Shown piece by piece: positions 39,501-53,800 of a stretch of 64,000 nt of DNA. Under the pieces are notes generated by a model, which was not told the DNA's origin, made no database searches, and saw only the letters and a program-made list of their open reading frames with translations. The stretch is from Auanema rhodensis. Lineage: Eukaryota; Animalia; Nematoda. Every line of letters begins with the position of its first letter. Position 1 is the first letter of the stretch. The stretch is taken from contig OZ059900.1 in the NCBI GenBank assembly GCA_964057225.1, positions 8,556,001 through 8,620,000 on the forward strand. Reading direction: 5' to 3'. Made by a program: the position numbers and the translations under genes.

Positions 39501-42500
39501 ACCCCAAAAAACCAATAATTCTTGATATTTTCGGTCCTTTTTGACCAAAGTGGTTAAAATTGAACATATATATGTAAAAATAGTCAAAGTTTATGAATCC
39601 TGAATTTCAAATCCATATCTCAAAGGGTCTGATCAAAACATACAGTTTTCACATGTTTTGTACCCAAAATCGTTGAATATATGGCGTTTTGAGCATAAAA
39701 AGGCCCATATTTCAATCAGTTTTGATATTCGTGCAAAATACACCTATATGAACATTCTTTGACAGTATTTCATACATTTAGTCGTTTTAGAAGAAAAAAA
39801 TATGCTTAAGATCAAAAGTTTGACTGATTTTGCCAAAATGCCCTTCAAACCCCAAAAAACCAATAATTCTTGATATTTTCGGTCCTTTTTGACCAAAGTG
39901 GTTAAAATTGGACATATATATGTGAAAATAGTCAAAGTTTATGAATCCTGAATTTCAAATCTATATCTCAAAGGGTCTGATCAAAACATAGAGTTTTCAC
40001 ATGTTTTGTACCCAAAATCGTTGAATATATGGCGTTTTGAGCATAAAAAGGCCCATATTTCAATCAGTTTCGATATTCGTGCAAAATACACCTATATCAA
40101 CATTCTATGACAGTATTTCATACATTTAGTCGTTTTAGAAGAAAAAAATATGCTTAAGATCAAAAGTTTGACTGATTTTGCCAAAATGCCCTTCAATCCC
40201 CAAAAAACCAATAATTCTTGATATTTTCGGTCCTTTTTGACCAAAGTGGTTAAAATTGAACATATATATGTAAAAATAGTCAAAGTTTATGAATCCTGAA
40301 TTTCAAATCCATATCTCAAAGGGTCTGATCAAAACATACAGTTTTCACATGTTTTGTACCCAAAATCTTTGAATATATGGCGTTTTGAGCATAAAAAGGC
40401 CCATATTTCAATCAGTTTTGATATTCGTGCAAAATACACCTATATGAACATTCTATGACAGTATTTCATACATTTAGTCGTTTTAGAAGAAAAAAATATG
40501 CTTAAGATCAAAAGTTTGACTGATTTTGCCAAAATGTCCTTCAAACCCCAAAAAACCAATAATTCTTGATATTTTCGGTCCTTTTTGACCAAAGTGGTTA
40601 AAATTGAACATATATATGTGAAAATAGTCAAAGTTTATGAATCCTGAATATCAAATCCATATCTCAAAGGGTCTGATCAAAACATACAGTTTTCACATGT
40701 TTTGTACCCAAAATCGTTGAATATATGGCGTTTTGAGCATAAAAAGGCCCATATTTCAATCAGTTTTGATATTCGTGCAAAATACTTCTATATGAACATT
40801 CTATGACAGTATTTCATACATTTAGTCGTTTTAGAAGGAAAAAATATGCTTAAGATCAAAAGTTTGACTGATTTTGCCAAAATGCCCTTCAATCCCCAAA
40901 AAACCAATAATTCTTGATATTTTCGGTCCTTTTTGACCAAAGTGGTTAAAATTGGACATATATATGTAAAAATAGTCAAAGTTTATGAATCCTGAATTTC
41001 AAATCCATATCTCAAAGGGTCTGATCAAAACATACAGTTTTCACATGTTTTGTACCCAAAATCGTTGAATATATGGCGTTTTGAGCATAAAAAGGCCCAT
41101 ATTTCAATCAGTTTCGATATTCGTGCAAAATACACCTATATCAACATTCTATGACAGTATTCCATACATTTAGTCGTTTTAGAAGAAAAAAATATGCTTA
41201 AGATCAAAAGTTTGACTGATTTTGCCAAAATGCCCTTCAATCCCCAAAAAACCAATAATTCTTGATATTTTCGGTCCTTTTTGACCAAAGTGGTTAAAAT
41301 TGAACATATATATGTAAAAATAGTCAAAGTTTATGAATCCTGAATTTCAAATCCATATCTCAAAGGGTCTGATCAAAACATACAGTTTTCACATGTTTTG
41401 TACCCAAAATCGTTGAATATATGGCGTTTTGAGCATAAAAAGGCCCATATTTCAATCAGTTTTGATATTTGTGCAAAATAGACCTATATGAACATTCTAT
41501 GACAGTATTTCATACATTTAGTCGTTTTAGAAGAAAAAAATATGCTTAAGATCAAAAGTTTGACTGATTTTGCCAAAATGCCCTTCAATCCCCAAAAAAC
41601 CAATAATTCTTGATATTTTCGGTCCTTTTTGACCAAAGTGGTTAAAATTGGACATATATATGTAAAAATAGTCAAAGTTTATGAATCCTGAATTTCAAAT
41701 CCATATCTCAAAGGGTCTGATCAAAACATACAGTTTTCACATGTTTTGTACCCAAAATCGTTGAATATATGGCGTTTTGAGCATAAAAAGGCCCATATTT
41801 CAATCAGTTTCGATATTCGTGCAAAATACACCTATATCAACATTCTATGACAGTATTCCATACATTTAGTCGTTTTAGAAGAAAAAAATATGCTTAAGAT
41901 CAAAAGTTTGACTGATTTTGCCAAAATGCCCTTCAATCCCCAAAAAACCAATAATTCTTGATATTTTCGGTCCTTTTTGACCAAAGTGGTTAAAATTGAA
42001 CATATATATGTAAAAATAGTCAAAGTTTATGAATCCTGAATTTCAAATCCATATCTCAAAGGGTCTGATCAAAACATACAGTTTTCACATGTTTTGTACC
42101 CAAAATCGTTGAATATATGGCGTTTTGAGCATAAAAAGGCCCATATTTCAATCAGTTTTGATATTTGTGCAAAATAGACCTATATGAACATTCTATGACA
42201 GTATTTCATACATTTAGTCGTTTTAGAAGAAAAAAATATGCTTAAGATCAAAAGTTTGACTGATTTTGCCAAAATGCCCTTCAATCCCCAAAAAACCAAT
42301 AATTCTTGATATTTTCGGTCCTTTTTGACCAAAGTGGTTAAAATTGGACATATATATGTAAAAATAGTCAAAGTTTATGAATCCTGAATTTCAAATCCAT
42401 ATCTCAAAGGGTCTGATCAAAACATACAGTTTTCACATGTTTTGTACCCAAAATCGTTGAATATATGGCGTTTTGAGCATAAAAAGGCCCATATTTCAAT

Positions 42501-45500
42501 CAGTTTCGATATTCGTGCAAAATACACCTATATCAACATTCTATGACAGTATTCCATACATTTAGTCGTTTTAGAAGAAAAAAATATGCTTAAGATCAAA
42601 AGTTTGACTGATTTAGCCAAAATGTCCTTCAAACCCCAAAAAACCAATAATTCTTGATATTTTCGGTCCTTTTTGACCAAAGTGGTTAAAATTGAACATA
42701 TATATGTAAAAATAGTCAAAGTTTATGAATCCTGAATTTCAAATCCATATCTCAAAGGGTCTGATCAAAACATACAGTTTTCACATGTTTTGTACCCAAA
42801 ATCGTTGAATATATGGCGTTTTGAGCATAAAAAGGCCCATATTTCAATCAGTTTTGATATTCGTGCAAAATACACCTATATGAACATTCTTTGACAGTAT
42901 TTCATACATTTAGTCGTTTTAGAAGAAAAAAATATGCTTAAGATCAAAAGTTTGACTGATTTTGCCAAAATGCCCTTCAAACCCCAAAAAACCAATAATT
43001 CTTGATATTTTCGGTCCTTTTTGACCAAAGTGGTTAAAATTGGACATATATATGTGAAAATAGTCAAAGTTTATGAATCCTGAATTTCAAATCTATATCT
43101 CAAAGGGTCTGATCAAAACATAGAGTTTTCACATGTTTTGTACCCAAAATCGTTGAATATATGGCGTTTTGAGCATAAAAAGGCCCATATTTCAATCAGT
43201 TTCGATATTCGTGCAAAATACACCTATATCAACATTCTATGACAGTATTTCATACATTTAGTCGTTTTAGAAGAAAAAAATATGCTTAAGATCAAAAGTT
43301 TGACTGATTTTGCCAAAATGCCCTTCAATCCCCAAAAAACCAATAATTCTTGATATTTTCGGTCCTTTTTGACCAAAGTGGTTAAAATTGAACATATATA
43401 TGTAAAAATAGTCAAAGTTTATGAATCCTGAATTTCAAATCCATATCTCAAAGGGTCTGATCAAAACATACAGTTTTCACATGTTTTGTACCCAAAATCT
43501 TTGAATATATGGCGTTTTGAGCATAAAAAGGCCCATATTTCAATCAGTTTTGATATTCGTGCAAAATACACCTATATGAACATTCTATGACAGTATTTCA
43601 TACATTTAGTCGTTTTAGAAGAAAAAAATATGCTTAAGATCAAAAGTTTGACTGATTTTGCCAAAATGTCCTTCAAACCCCAAAAAACCAATAATTCTTG
43701 ATATTTTCGGTCCTTTTTGACCAAAGTGGTTAAAATTGAACATATATATGTGAAAATAGTCAAAGTTTATGAATCCTGAATTTCAAATCCATATCTCAAA
43801 GGGTCTGATCAAAACATACAGTTTTCACATGTTTTGTACCCAAAATCGTTGAATATATGGCGTTTTGAGCATAAAAAGGCCCATATTTCAATCAGTTTTG
43901 ATATTCGTGCAAAATACTTCTATATGAACATTCTATGACAGTATTTCATACATTTAGTCGTTTTAGAAGGAAAAAATATGCTTAAGATCAAAAGTTTGAC
44001 TGATTTTGCCAAAATGCCCTTCAATCCCCAAAAAACCAATAATTCTTGATATTTTCGGTCCTTTTTGACCAAAGTGGTTAAAATTGGACATATATATGTA
44101 AAAATAGTCAAAGTTTATGAATCCTGAATTTCAAATCCATATCTCAAAGGGTCTGATCAAAACATACAGTTTTCACATGTTTTGTACCCAAAATCGTTGA
44201 ATATATGGCGTTTTGAGCATAAAAAGGCCCATATTTCAATCAGTTTCGATATTCGTGCAAAATACACCTATATCAACATTCTATGACAGTATTCCATACA
44301 TTTAGTCGTTTTAGAAGAAAAAAATATGCTTAAGATCAAAAGTTTGACTGATTTTGCCAAAATGCCCTTCAATCCCCAAAAAACCAATAATTCTTGATAT
44401 TTTCGGTCCTTTTTGACCAAAGTGGTTAAAATTGAACATATATATGTAAAAATAGTCAAAGTTTATGAATCCTGAATTTCAAATCCATATCTCAAAGGGT
44501 CTGATCAAAACATACAGTTTTCACATGTTTTGTACCCAAAATCGTTGAATATATGGCGTTTTGAGCATAAAAAGGCCCATATTTCAATCAGTTTTGATAT
44601 TTGTGCAAAATAGACCTATATGAACATTCTATGACAGTATTTCATACATTTAGTCGTTTTAGAAGAAAAAAATATGCTTAAGATCAAAAGTTTGACTGAT
44701 TTTGCCAAAATGCCCTTCAATCCCCAAAAAACCAATAATTCTTGATATTTTCGGTCCTTTTTGACCAAAGTGGTTAAAATTGGACATATATATGTAAAAA
44801 TAGTCAAAGTTTATGAATCCTGAATTTCAAATCCATATCTCAAAGGGTCTGATCAAAACATACAGTTTTCACATGTTTTGTACCCAAAATCGTTGAATAT
44901 ATGGCGTTTTGAGCATAAAAAGGCCCATATTTCAATCAGTTTCGATATTCGTGCAAAATACACCTATATCAACATTCTATGACAGTATTCCATACATTTA
45001 GTCGTTTTAGAAGAAAAAAATATGCTTAAGATCAAAAGTTTGACTGATTTTGCCAAAATGCCCTTCAATCCCCAAAAAACCAATAATTCTTGATATTTTC
45101 GGTCCTTTTTGACCAAAGTGGTTAAAATTGAACATATATATGTAAAAATAGTCAAAGTTTATGAATCCTGAATTTCAAATCCATATCTCAAAGGGTCTGA
45201 TCAAAACATACAGTTTTCACATGTTTTGTACCCAAAATCGTTGAATATATGGCGTTTTGAGCATAAAAAGGCCCATATTTCAATCAGTTTTGATATTTGT
45301 GCAAAATAGACCTATATGAACATTCTATGACAGTATTTCATACATTTAGTCGTTTTAGAAGAAAAAAATATGCTTAAGATCAAAAGTTTGACTGATTTTG
45401 CCAAAATGCCCTTCAATCCCCAAAAAACCAATAATTCTTGATATTTTCGGTCCTTTTTGACCAAAGTGGTTAAAATTGGACATATATATGTAAAAATAGT

Positions 45501-45934
45501 CAAAGTTTATGAATCCTGAATTTCAAATCCATATCTCAAAGGGTCTGATCAAAACATACAGTTTTCACATGTTTTGTACCCAAAATCGTTGAATATATGG
45601 CGTTTTGAGCATAAAAAGGCCCATATTTCAATCAGTTTCGATATTCGTGCAAAATACACCTATATCAACATTCTATGACAGTATTCCATACATTTAGTCG
45701 TTTTAGAAGAAAAAAATATGCTTAAGATCAAAAGTTTGACTGATTTAGCCAAAATGTCCTTCAAACCCCAAAAAACCAATAATTCTTGATATTTTCGGTC
45801 CTTTTTGACCAAAGTGGTTAAAATTGAACATATATATGTAAAAATAGTCAAAGTTTATGAATCCTGAATTTCAAATCCATATCTCAAAGGGTCTGATCAA
45901 AACATACAGTTTTCACATGTTTTGTACCCAAAAT
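36539..45934. repeat. Higher-order repeat: 9-monomer unit (3132 bp) x3, M106-114 / M115-123 / M124-132
   Basis: AAATCTAT (36830/39962/43094), ATCTTTGAA, TACTTCTA and AGAAGGAAA recur every 3132 bp. The ORF-track translations repeat with period 9. Confidence 0.92.
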
Positions 45935-48900
45935 CGTTGAATATATGGCGTTTTGAGCATAAAAAGGCCCATATTTCAATCAGTTTTGATATTTGTGCAA
46001 AATACACCTATATGAACATTCTATGACAGTATTTCATACATTTAGTCGTTTTAGAAGAAAAAAATATGCTTAAGATCAGAAGTTTGACTGATTTTGCCAA
46101 AATGCCCTTCAATCCCCAAAAAACCAATAATTCTTGATATTTTCGGTCCTTTTTGACCAAAGTGGTTAAAATTGGACATAAATATGTGAAAATAGTCAAA
46201 GTTTATGAATCCTGAATTTCAAATCCATATCTCAAAGGGTCTGATCAAAACATACAGTTTTCACATGTTTTGTACCCAAAATCGTTGAATATATGGCGTT
46301 TTAAGCATAAAAAGGCCCATATTTCAATCAGTTTGGATATTTGTGCAAAATACACCTATATGAACATTCTATGACAGTATTTCATACATTTAGTCGTTTT
46401 AGAAGAAAAAAATATGCTTAAGATCAAAAGTTTGACTGATTTTGCCAAAATGCCCTTCAATCCCCAAAAAACCAATAATTCTTGATATTTTCGGTCCTTT
46501 TTGACCAAAGTGGTTAAAATTGAACATATATATGTAAAAATAGTCAAAGTTTATGAATCCTGAATTTCAAATCCATATCTCAAAGGGTCTGATCAAAACA
46601 TACAGTTTTCACATGTTTTGTACCCAGAATCGTTGAATATATGGCGTTTAGAGCATAAAAAGGCCCATATTTCAATCAGTTTCGATATTCGTGCAAAATA
46701 CACCTATATCAACATTCTATGACAGTATTCCATACATTTAGTCGTTTTAGAAGAAAAAAATATGCTTAAGATCAAAAGTTTGACTGATTTTGCCAAAATG
46801 CCCTTCAATCCCCAAAAAACCAATAATTCTTGATATTTTCGGTCCTTTTTGACCAAAGTGGTTAAAATTGAACATATATATGTAAAAATAGTCAAAGTTT
46901 ATGAATCCTGAATTTCAAATCCATATCTCAAAGGGTCTGATCAAAACATACAGTTTTCACATGTTTTGTACCCAAAATCGTTGAATATATGGCGTTTTGA
47001 GCATAAAAAGGCCCATATTTCAATCAGTTTTGATATTTGTGCAAAATAGACCTATATGAACATTCTATGACAGTATTTCATACATTTAGTCGTTTTAGAA
47101 GAAAAAAATATGCTTAAGATCAAAAGTTTGACTGAATTTGCCAAAATGCCCTTCAATCCCCAAAAAACCAATAATTCTTGATATTTTCAGTCCTTTTTGA
47201 CCAAAGTGGTTAAAATTGGACATAAATATGTAAAAATAGTCAAAGTTTATGAATCCTGAATTTCAAATCCATATCTCAAAGGGTCTGATCAAAACATACA
47301 GTTTTCACATGTTTTGTACCCAAAATCGTTGAATATATGGCGTTTTGAGCATAAAAAGGCCCATATTTCAATCAGTTTGGATATTTGTGCAAAATACACC
47401 TATATGAACATTCTATGACAGTCTTCCATACATTTAGTCGTTTTAGAAGAAAAAAATATGCTTAAGATCAAAAGTTTGACTGATTTTGCCAAAATGCCCT
47501 TCAATCCCCAAAAAACCAATAATTCTTGATATTTTCGGTCCTTTTTGACCAAAGTGGTTAAAATTGGACATATATATGTAAAAATAGTCAAAGTTTATGA
47601 ATCCTGAATTTCAAATCCATATCTCAAAGGGTCTGATCAAAACATACAGTTTTCACATGTTTTGTACCCAAAATCGTTGAATATATGGCGTTTTGAGCAT
47701 AAAAAGGCCCATATTTCAATCAGTTTCGATATTCGTGCAAAATACACCTATATCAACATTCTATGACAGTATTCCATACATTTAGTCGTTTTAGAAGAAA
47801 AAAATATGCTTAAGATCAAAAGTTTGACTGATTTTGCCAAAATGCCCTTCAATCCCCAAAAAACCAATAATTCTTGATATTTTCGGTCCTTTTTGACCAA
47901 AGTGGTTAAAATTGGACATATATATGTGAAAATAGTCAAAGTTTATGAATCCTGAATTTCAAATCCATATCTCAAAGGGTCTGATCAAAACATACAGTTT
48001 TCACATGTTTTGTACCCAAAATCGTTGAATATATGGCGTTTTGAGCATAAAAAGGCCCATATTTCAATCAGTTTTGATATTTGTGCAAAATACACCTATA
48101 TGAACATTCTATGACAGTATTTCATACATTTAGTCGTTTTAGAAGAAAAAAATATGCTTAAGATCAGAAGTTTGACTGATTTTGCCAAAATGCCCTTCAA
48201 TCCCCAAAAAACCAATAATTCTTGATATTTTCGGTCCTTTTTGACCAAAGTGGTTAAAATTGGACATAAATATGTGAAAATAGTCAAAGTTTATGAATCC
48301 TGAATTTCAAATCCATATCTCAAAGGGTCTGATCAAAACATACAGTTTTCACATGTTTTGTACCCAAAATCGTTGAATATATGGCGTTTTAAGCATAAAA
48401 AGGCCCATATTTCAATCAGTTTGGATATTTGTGCAAAATACACCTATATGAACATTCTATGACAGTATTTCATACATTTAGTCGTTTTAGAAGAAAAAAA
48501 TATGCTTAAGATCAAAAGTTTGACTGATTTTGCCAAAATGCCCTTCAATCCCCAAAAAACCAATAATTCTTGATATTTTCGGTCCTTTTTGACCAAAGTG
48601 GTTAAAATTGGACAAAAATATGTAAAAATAGTCAAAGTTTATGAATCCTGAATTTCAAATCCATATCTCAAAGGGTCTGATCAAAACATACAGTTTTCAC
48701 ATGTTTTGTACCCAGAATCGTTGAATATATGGCGTTTAGAGCATAAAAAGGCCCATATTTCAATCAGTTTCGATATTCGTGCAAAATACACCTATATCAA
48801 CATTCTATGACAGTATTCCATACATTTAGTCGTTTTAGAAGAAAAAAATATGCTTAAGATCAAAAGTTTGACTGATTTTGCCAAAATGCCCTTCAATCCC

Positions 48901-50110
48901 CAAAAAACCAATAATTCTTGATATTTTCGGTCCTTTTTGACCAAAGTGGTTAAAATTGAACATATATATGTAAAAATAGTCAAAGTTTATGAATCCTGAA
49001 TTTCAAATCCATATCTCAAAGGGTCTGATCAAAACATACAGTTTTCACATGTTTTGTACCCAAAATCGTTGAATATATGGCGTTTTGAGCATAAAAAGGC
49101 CCATATTTCAATCAGTTTTGATATTTGTGCAAAATAGACCTATATGAACATTCTATGACAGTATTTCATACATTTAGTCGTTTTAGAAGAAAAAAATATG
49201 CTTAAGATCAAAAGTTTGACTGAATTTGCCAAAATGCCCTTCAATCCCCAAAAAACCAATAATTCTTGATATTTTCAGTCCTTTTTGACCAAAGTGGTTA
49301 AAATTGGACATAAATATGTAAAAATAGTCAAAGTTTATGAATCCTGAATTTCAAATCCATATCTCAAAGGGTCTGATCAAAACATACAGTTTTCACATGT
49401 TTTGTACCCAAAATCGTTGAATATATGGCGTTTTGAGCATAAAAAGGCCCATATTTCAATCAGTTTGGATATTTGTGCAAAATACACCTATATGAACATT
49501 CTATGACAGTCTTCCATACATTTAGTCGTTTTAGAAGAAAAAAATATGCTTAAGATCAAAAGTTTGACTGATTTTGCCAAAATGCCCTTCAATCCCCAAA
49601 AAACCAATAATTCTTGATATTTTCGGTCCTTTTTGACCAAAGTGGTTAAAATTGGACATATATATGTAAAAATAGTCAAAGTTTATGAATCCTGAATTTC
49701 AAATCCATATCTCAAAGGGTCTGATCAAAACATACAGTTTTCACATGTTTTGTACCCAAAATCTTTGAATATATGGCGTTTTGAGCATAAAAAGGCCCAT
49801 ATTTCAATCAGTTTCGATATTCGTGCAAAATACACCTATATCAACATTCTATGACAGTATTCCATACATTTAGTCGTTTTAGAAGAAAAAAATATGCTTA
49901 AGATCAAAAGTTTGACTGATTTTGCCAAAATGCCCTTCAATCCCCAAAAAACCAATAATTCTTGATATTTTCGGTCCTTTTTGACCAAAGTGGTTAAAAT
50001 TGGACATATATATGTGAAAATAGTCAAAGTTTATGAATCCTGAATTTCAAATCCATATCTCAAAGGGTCTGATCAAAACATACAGTTTTCACATGTTTTG
50101 TACCCAAAAT
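45935..50110. repeat. Local higher-order repeat: 6-monomer unit (2088 bp) x2, M133-138 / M139-144
   Basis: TTTTAAGC (46303/48391), CCCAGAAT (46627/48715), TTTAGAGC and GAATTTG+TTCAGTCC recur 2088 bp apart. Confidence 0.88.
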
Positions 50111-50806
50111 CGTTGAATATATGGCGTTTTGAGCATAAAAAGGCCCATATTTCAATCAGTTTGGATATTTGTGCAAAATACACCTATATGAACATTCTAT
50201 GACAGTCTTCCATACATTTAGTCGTTTTAGAAGAAAAAAATATGCTTAAGATCAAAAGTTTGACTGATTTTGCCAAAATGCCCTTCAATCCCCAAAAAAC
50301 CAATAATTCTTGATATTTTCGGTCCTTTTTGACCAAAGTGGTTAAAATTGGACATATATATGTAAAAATAGTCAAAGTTTATGAATCCTGAATTTCAAAT
50401 CCATATCTCAAAGGGTCTGATCAAAACATACAGTTTTCACATGTTTTGTACCCAAAATCGTTGAATATATGGCGTTTTGAGCATAAAAAGGCCCATATTT
50501 CAATCAGTTTCGATATTCGTGCAAAATACACCTATATCAACATTCTATGACAGTATTCCATACATTTAGTCGTTTTAGAAGAAAAAAATATGCTTAAGAT
50601 AAAAAGTTTGACTGATTTTGCCAAAATGCCCTTCAATCCCCAAAAAACCAATAATTCTTGATATTTTCGGTCCTTTTTGACCAAAGTGGTTAAAATTGGA
50701 CATATATATGTAAAAATAGTCAAAGTTTATGAATCCTGAATTTCAAATCCATATCTCAAAGGGTCTGATCAAAACATACAGTTTTCACATGTTTTGTACC
50801 CAAAAT

Positions 50807-53800
50807 CGTTGAATATATGGCGTTTTGAGCATAAAAAGGCCCATATTTCAATCAGTTTCGATATTCGTGCAAAATACACCTATATCAACATTCTATGACA
50901 GTATTCCATACATTTAGTCGTTTTAGAAGAAAAAAATATGCTTAAGATCAAAAGTTTGACTGATTTTGCCAAAATGCCCTTCAATCCCCAAAAAACCAAT
51001 AATTCTTGATATTTTCGGTCCTTTTTGACCAAAGTGGTTAAAATTGGACATATATATGTGAAAATAGTCAAAGTTTATGAATCCTGAATTTCAAATCCAT
51101 ATCTCAAAGGGTCTGATCAAAACATACAGTTTTCACATGTTTTGTACCCAAAATCGTTGAATATATGGCGTTTTGAGCATAAAAAGGCCCATATTTCAAT
51201 CAGTTTGGATATTTGTGCAAAATACACCTATATGAACATTCTATGACAGTCTTCCATACATTTAGTCGTTTTAGAAGAAAAAAATATGCTTAAGATCAAA
51301 AGTTTGACTGATTTTGCCAAAATGCCCTTCAATCCCCAAAAAACCAATAATTCTTGATATTTTCGGTCCTTTTTGACCAAAGTGGTTAAAATTGGACATA
51401 TATATGTAAAAATAGTCAAAGTTTATGAATCCTGAATTTCAAATCCATATCTCAAAGGGTCTGATCAAAACATACAGTTTTCACATGTTTTGTACCAAAA
51501 ATCGTTGAATATATGGCGTTTTGAGCATAAAAAGGCCCATATTTCAATCAGTTTCGATATTCGTGCAAAATACACCTATATCAACATTCTATGACAGTAT
51601 TCCATACATTTAGTCGTTTTAGAAGAAAAAAATATGCTTAAGATAAAAAGTTTGACTGATTTTGCCAAAATGCCCTTCAATCCCCAAAAAACCAATAATT
51701 CTTGATATTTTCGGTCCTTTTTGACCAAAGTGGTTAAAATTGAACATATATATGTAAAAATAGTCAAAGTTTATGAATCCTGAATTTCAAATCCATATCT
51801 CAAAGGGTCTGATCAAAACATACAGTTTTCACATGTTTTGTACCCAAAATCGTTGAATATATGGCGTTTTGAGCATAAAAAGGCCCATATTTCAATCAGT
51901 TTTGATATTTGTGCAAAATAGACCTATATGAACATTCTATGACAGTATTTCATACATTTAGTCGTTTTAGAAGAAAAAAATATGCTTAAGATCAAAAGTT
52001 TGACTGATTTTGCCAAAATGCCCTTCAATCCCCAAAAAACCAATAATTCTTGATATTTTCGGTCTTTTTTGACCAAAGTGGTTAAAATTGGACATAAATA
52101 TGTAAAAATAGTCAAAGTTTATGAATCCTGAATTTCAAATCCATATCTCAAAGGGTCTGATCAAAACATACAATTTTCACATGTTTTGTACCCAAAATCG
52201 TTGAATATATGGCGTTTTGAGCATAAAAAGGCCCATATTTCAATCAGTTTTGATATTCGTGCAAAATACACCTATATGAACATTCTTTGACAGTATTTCA
52301 TACATTTAGTCGTTTTAGAAGAAAAAAATATGCTTAAGATCAAAAGTTTGACTGATTTTGCCAAAATGCCCTTCAAACCCCAAAAAACCAATAATTCTTG
52401 ATATTTTCGGTCCTTTTTGAGCAAAGTGGTTAAAATTGGACATATATATGTAGAAATAGTCGAAGTTTATGAATCCTGAATTTCAAATCCATATCTCAAA
52501 GGGTCTGATCAAAACATACAGTTTTCACATGTTTTGTACCCAAAATCGTTGAATATATGGCGTTTTGAGCATAAAAAGGCCCATATTTCAATCAGTTTTG
52601 ATATTCGTGCAAAATACACCTATATGAACATTCTTTGACAGTATTTCATACATTTAGTCGTTTTAGAAGAAAAAAATATGCTTAAGATCAAAAGTTTGAC
52701 TGATTTTGCCAAAATGCCCTTCAAACCCCAAAAAACGAATAATTCTTGATATTTTCGGTCCTTTTTGACCAAAGTGGTTAAAATTGGACATATATATGTG
52801 AAAATAGTCAAAGTTTATGAATCCTGAATTTCAAATCTATATCTCAAAGGGTCTGATCAAAACATAGAGTTTTCACATGTTTTGTACCCAAAATTGTTGA
52901 ATATATGGCGTTTTGAGCATAAAAAGGCCCATATTTCAATCAGTTTCGATATTCGTGCAAAATACACCTATATCAACATTCTATGACAGTATTTCATACA
53001 TTTAGTCGTTTTAGAAGAAAAAAATATGCTTAAGATCAAAAGTTTGACTGATTTTGCCAAAATGCGCTTCAATCCCCAAAAAACCAATAATTCTTGATAT
53101 TTTCGGTCCTTTTTGACCAAAGTGGTTAAAATTGAACATATATATGTAAAAATAGTCAAAGTTTATGAATCCTGAATTTCAAATCCATATCTCAAAGGGT
53201 CTGATCAAAACATACAGTTTTCACATGTTTTGTACCCAAAATCGTTGAATATATGGCGTTTTGAGCATAAAAAGGCCCATATTTCAATCAGTTTTGATAT
53301 TCGTGCAAAATACACCTATATGAACATTCTATGACAGTATTTCATACATTTAGTCGTTTTAGAAGAAAAAAATATGCTTAAGATCAAAAGTTTGACTGAA
53401 TTTGCCAAAATGCCCTTCAATCCCCAAAAAACCAATAATTCTTGATATTTTCAGTCCTTTTTGACCAAAGTGGTTAAAATTGGACATAAATATGTAAAAA
53501 TAGTCAAAGTTTATGAATCCTGAATTTCAAATCCATATCTCAAAGGGTCTGATCAAAACATACAGTTTTCACATGTTTTGTACCCAAAATCGTTGAATAT
53601 ATGGCGTTTTGAGCATAAAAAGGCCCATATTTCAATCAGTTTGGATATTTGTGCAAAATACACCTATATGAACATTCTATGACAGTCTTCCATACATTTA
53701 ATCGTTTTAGAAGAAAAAAATATGCTTAAGATCAAAAGTTTGACTGATTTTGCCAAAATGCCCTTCAATCCCCAAAAAACCAATAATTCTTGATATTTTC

